Assembly (NCBI RefSeq): GCF_022045235.1
Contig: NW_027266266.1
Coordinates: 25,606,001 to 25,670,000, forward strand
Source of the DNA: Haliotis cracherodii
Lineage: Eukaryota
Reading direction: 5' to 3'
Length of the DNA: 64,000 nucleotides
Of this stretch, positions 62,901 to 64,000 are shown one piece after another. Position 1 is the first letter of the stretch. Each line of letters starts with the position of its first letter. The notes below the pieces were generated by a model. The model searched no databases. It saw only the letters and a program-made list of their open reading frames with translations, and was not told the origin of the DNA. The translations under genes were made by a program, and so were the position numbers.

Positions 62901-63859
62901 CAAATGTCAACTGGTGTTTTCGCTGAATAAAATTGCAACCAACATTGCATTTATAAACTGCTCATTCAAATTGCGTAATATGGTCAGTTATCCGCCGACA
63001 ATAGGAACTGATATGATCCAAATGTTTGCACTTCAATTTCTCAAATGAAAAAAGTGAAACCTTTTATAGTCCCAAGTACTCTCCAAAATATTTAAGAATT
63101 GACAATATGTTTGCCTTTTTATGGTTGTATAAACGTCAAATCTGATATGCGCACTTTGTATAACAAATGCTTGGTCAGTCGATCAAATGCCACGGATTGA
63201 CTTGCAATATTTATTTGCTTAAATGAACGATCAAAATCATGGAGTTTACAAGGTTAACAGTAACATCGACAATCATCAATACAAAGTTGTATTGACCTAC
63301 GCATTTACCAACCTCCCTCTGTATTGCCTGTCAGATAACAATTTCTCCTGTTCAAAAGCAGTCATCGGTTCACTTGCAGAAATATGTAATTTCCCTGAAA
63401 GAAACCAGATAAGGAAGTGGGTGAGTTTGGTTTAATAGTATTTCAGTAACATCATGGTGCCTGCTTGAGGCAAGCCGAAGTTATGAAGTCTTACGTTTAC
63501 TACATTGGCACGTATTATGGTGCTTACAAAACAAAGAATGTTAATTCGGACGTTGTCATGATTGACATATTATTATAAAATTACACTAGTCACGAAAACA
63601 CTCAAAAACATTGTCCAAAACTTAGACTGAACATGTGAAGCTGCAAGTATGCACACTGGTCATGTCATCAATAGATTCATGTCAACTTTGACTACAACAC
63701 TACCCCACATTAGCCAGTTTTCAAACCTGCTGCTGTCAAGATCATGTACTCTTCAGTGGCCTCAGCATTTTCCAAAGTAAGAGAGAAGATCCCCTTTCTG
63801 CTTAAAGATATTCTCCTCCCTTCCAAGCCTGAGGCGTTGATAGATCCTTCACCAAGGAA
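59930..63859 (-). CDS. Gene D (5'-truncated by window; possibly pseudogene): extracellular protein with a cadherin-like/Big-type Ig module
   Basis: Exon 60808-59930 encodes VNTPP..TQEGQ..AKDAEGDKFTF..HGTAHL..GALQYTP..FSGVD..VTSVNDPP (cadherin-like 'tandem-95/Big_9' pattern). Upstream phase-compatible exons 63859-63727, 63394-63313 and 62867-onward, plus a piece ending at about 62378 (LLFACSTDGAWHDLPDIC..IVP|gtaagt). In-frame stops at about 62660 and about 62500 could not be spliced out cleanly. Confidence 0.6.
61150..61930 (-). mobile_element. Degenerate Tc1/mariner transposase remnant in gene D intron
   Basis: Minus strand encodes WPARSPDFNPFE and upstream RPRKTT/QDYRYLR-like HTH-region motifs; many disruptions. 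Confidence 0.75.
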
Positions 63860-64000
63860 CTGTGTAAATTCATTTTCCGATAATTATTTACAAATATATA
63901 AGGTGTTATGTGTATTTTTTGTTGATTTGAAACCTTTTAAAGTAAGATGCAAGGGAGAGCTTTTGAAGGATCAGAAATATTTTTAAATGACATTCATAAC

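Overview
AT-rich, intron-rich animal genomic DNA with no prokaryotic features. The repeat and gene content suggests a mollusc, probably a gastropod such as abalone (inference). Splicing GT-AG exons by hand gives four loci. (A) The 3' part of a + strand gene (<1-9183) encoding tandem FN3/Ig-like 'DxT/SPP ... WxGFxDxESGI' modules. (B) Its complete inverted, tail-to-tail paralog on the - strand (34811-15924; 22 coding exons, about 3300 aa): signal peptide, EMI, EGF-like and about 16 FN3/Ig-like modules, no TM helix. A and B share intron positions and contain patches of near-identical sequence suggesting gene conversion. (C) The most unusual locus, a - strand secreted protein of about 1420 aa (52999-41541). 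It carries two Hedgehog N-terminal-like (Hedge) domains, each with a 4-Cys insert, then a bacterial-type peptidase M15A-like domain lacking its Zn ligands. It has three furin-type sites and no Hint domain. (D) The 3' part of a - strand gene or pseudogene with a cadherin-like/Big-type Ig module (>63859-59930). Introns and spacers hold several degenerate Tc1/mariner elements, a MITE, a LINE 3' fragment, at least five SINE-like families (one with a 5S-derived head), a hairpin and microsatellites. All gene models and identities were derived by eye and need RNA-seq/HMM confirmation.
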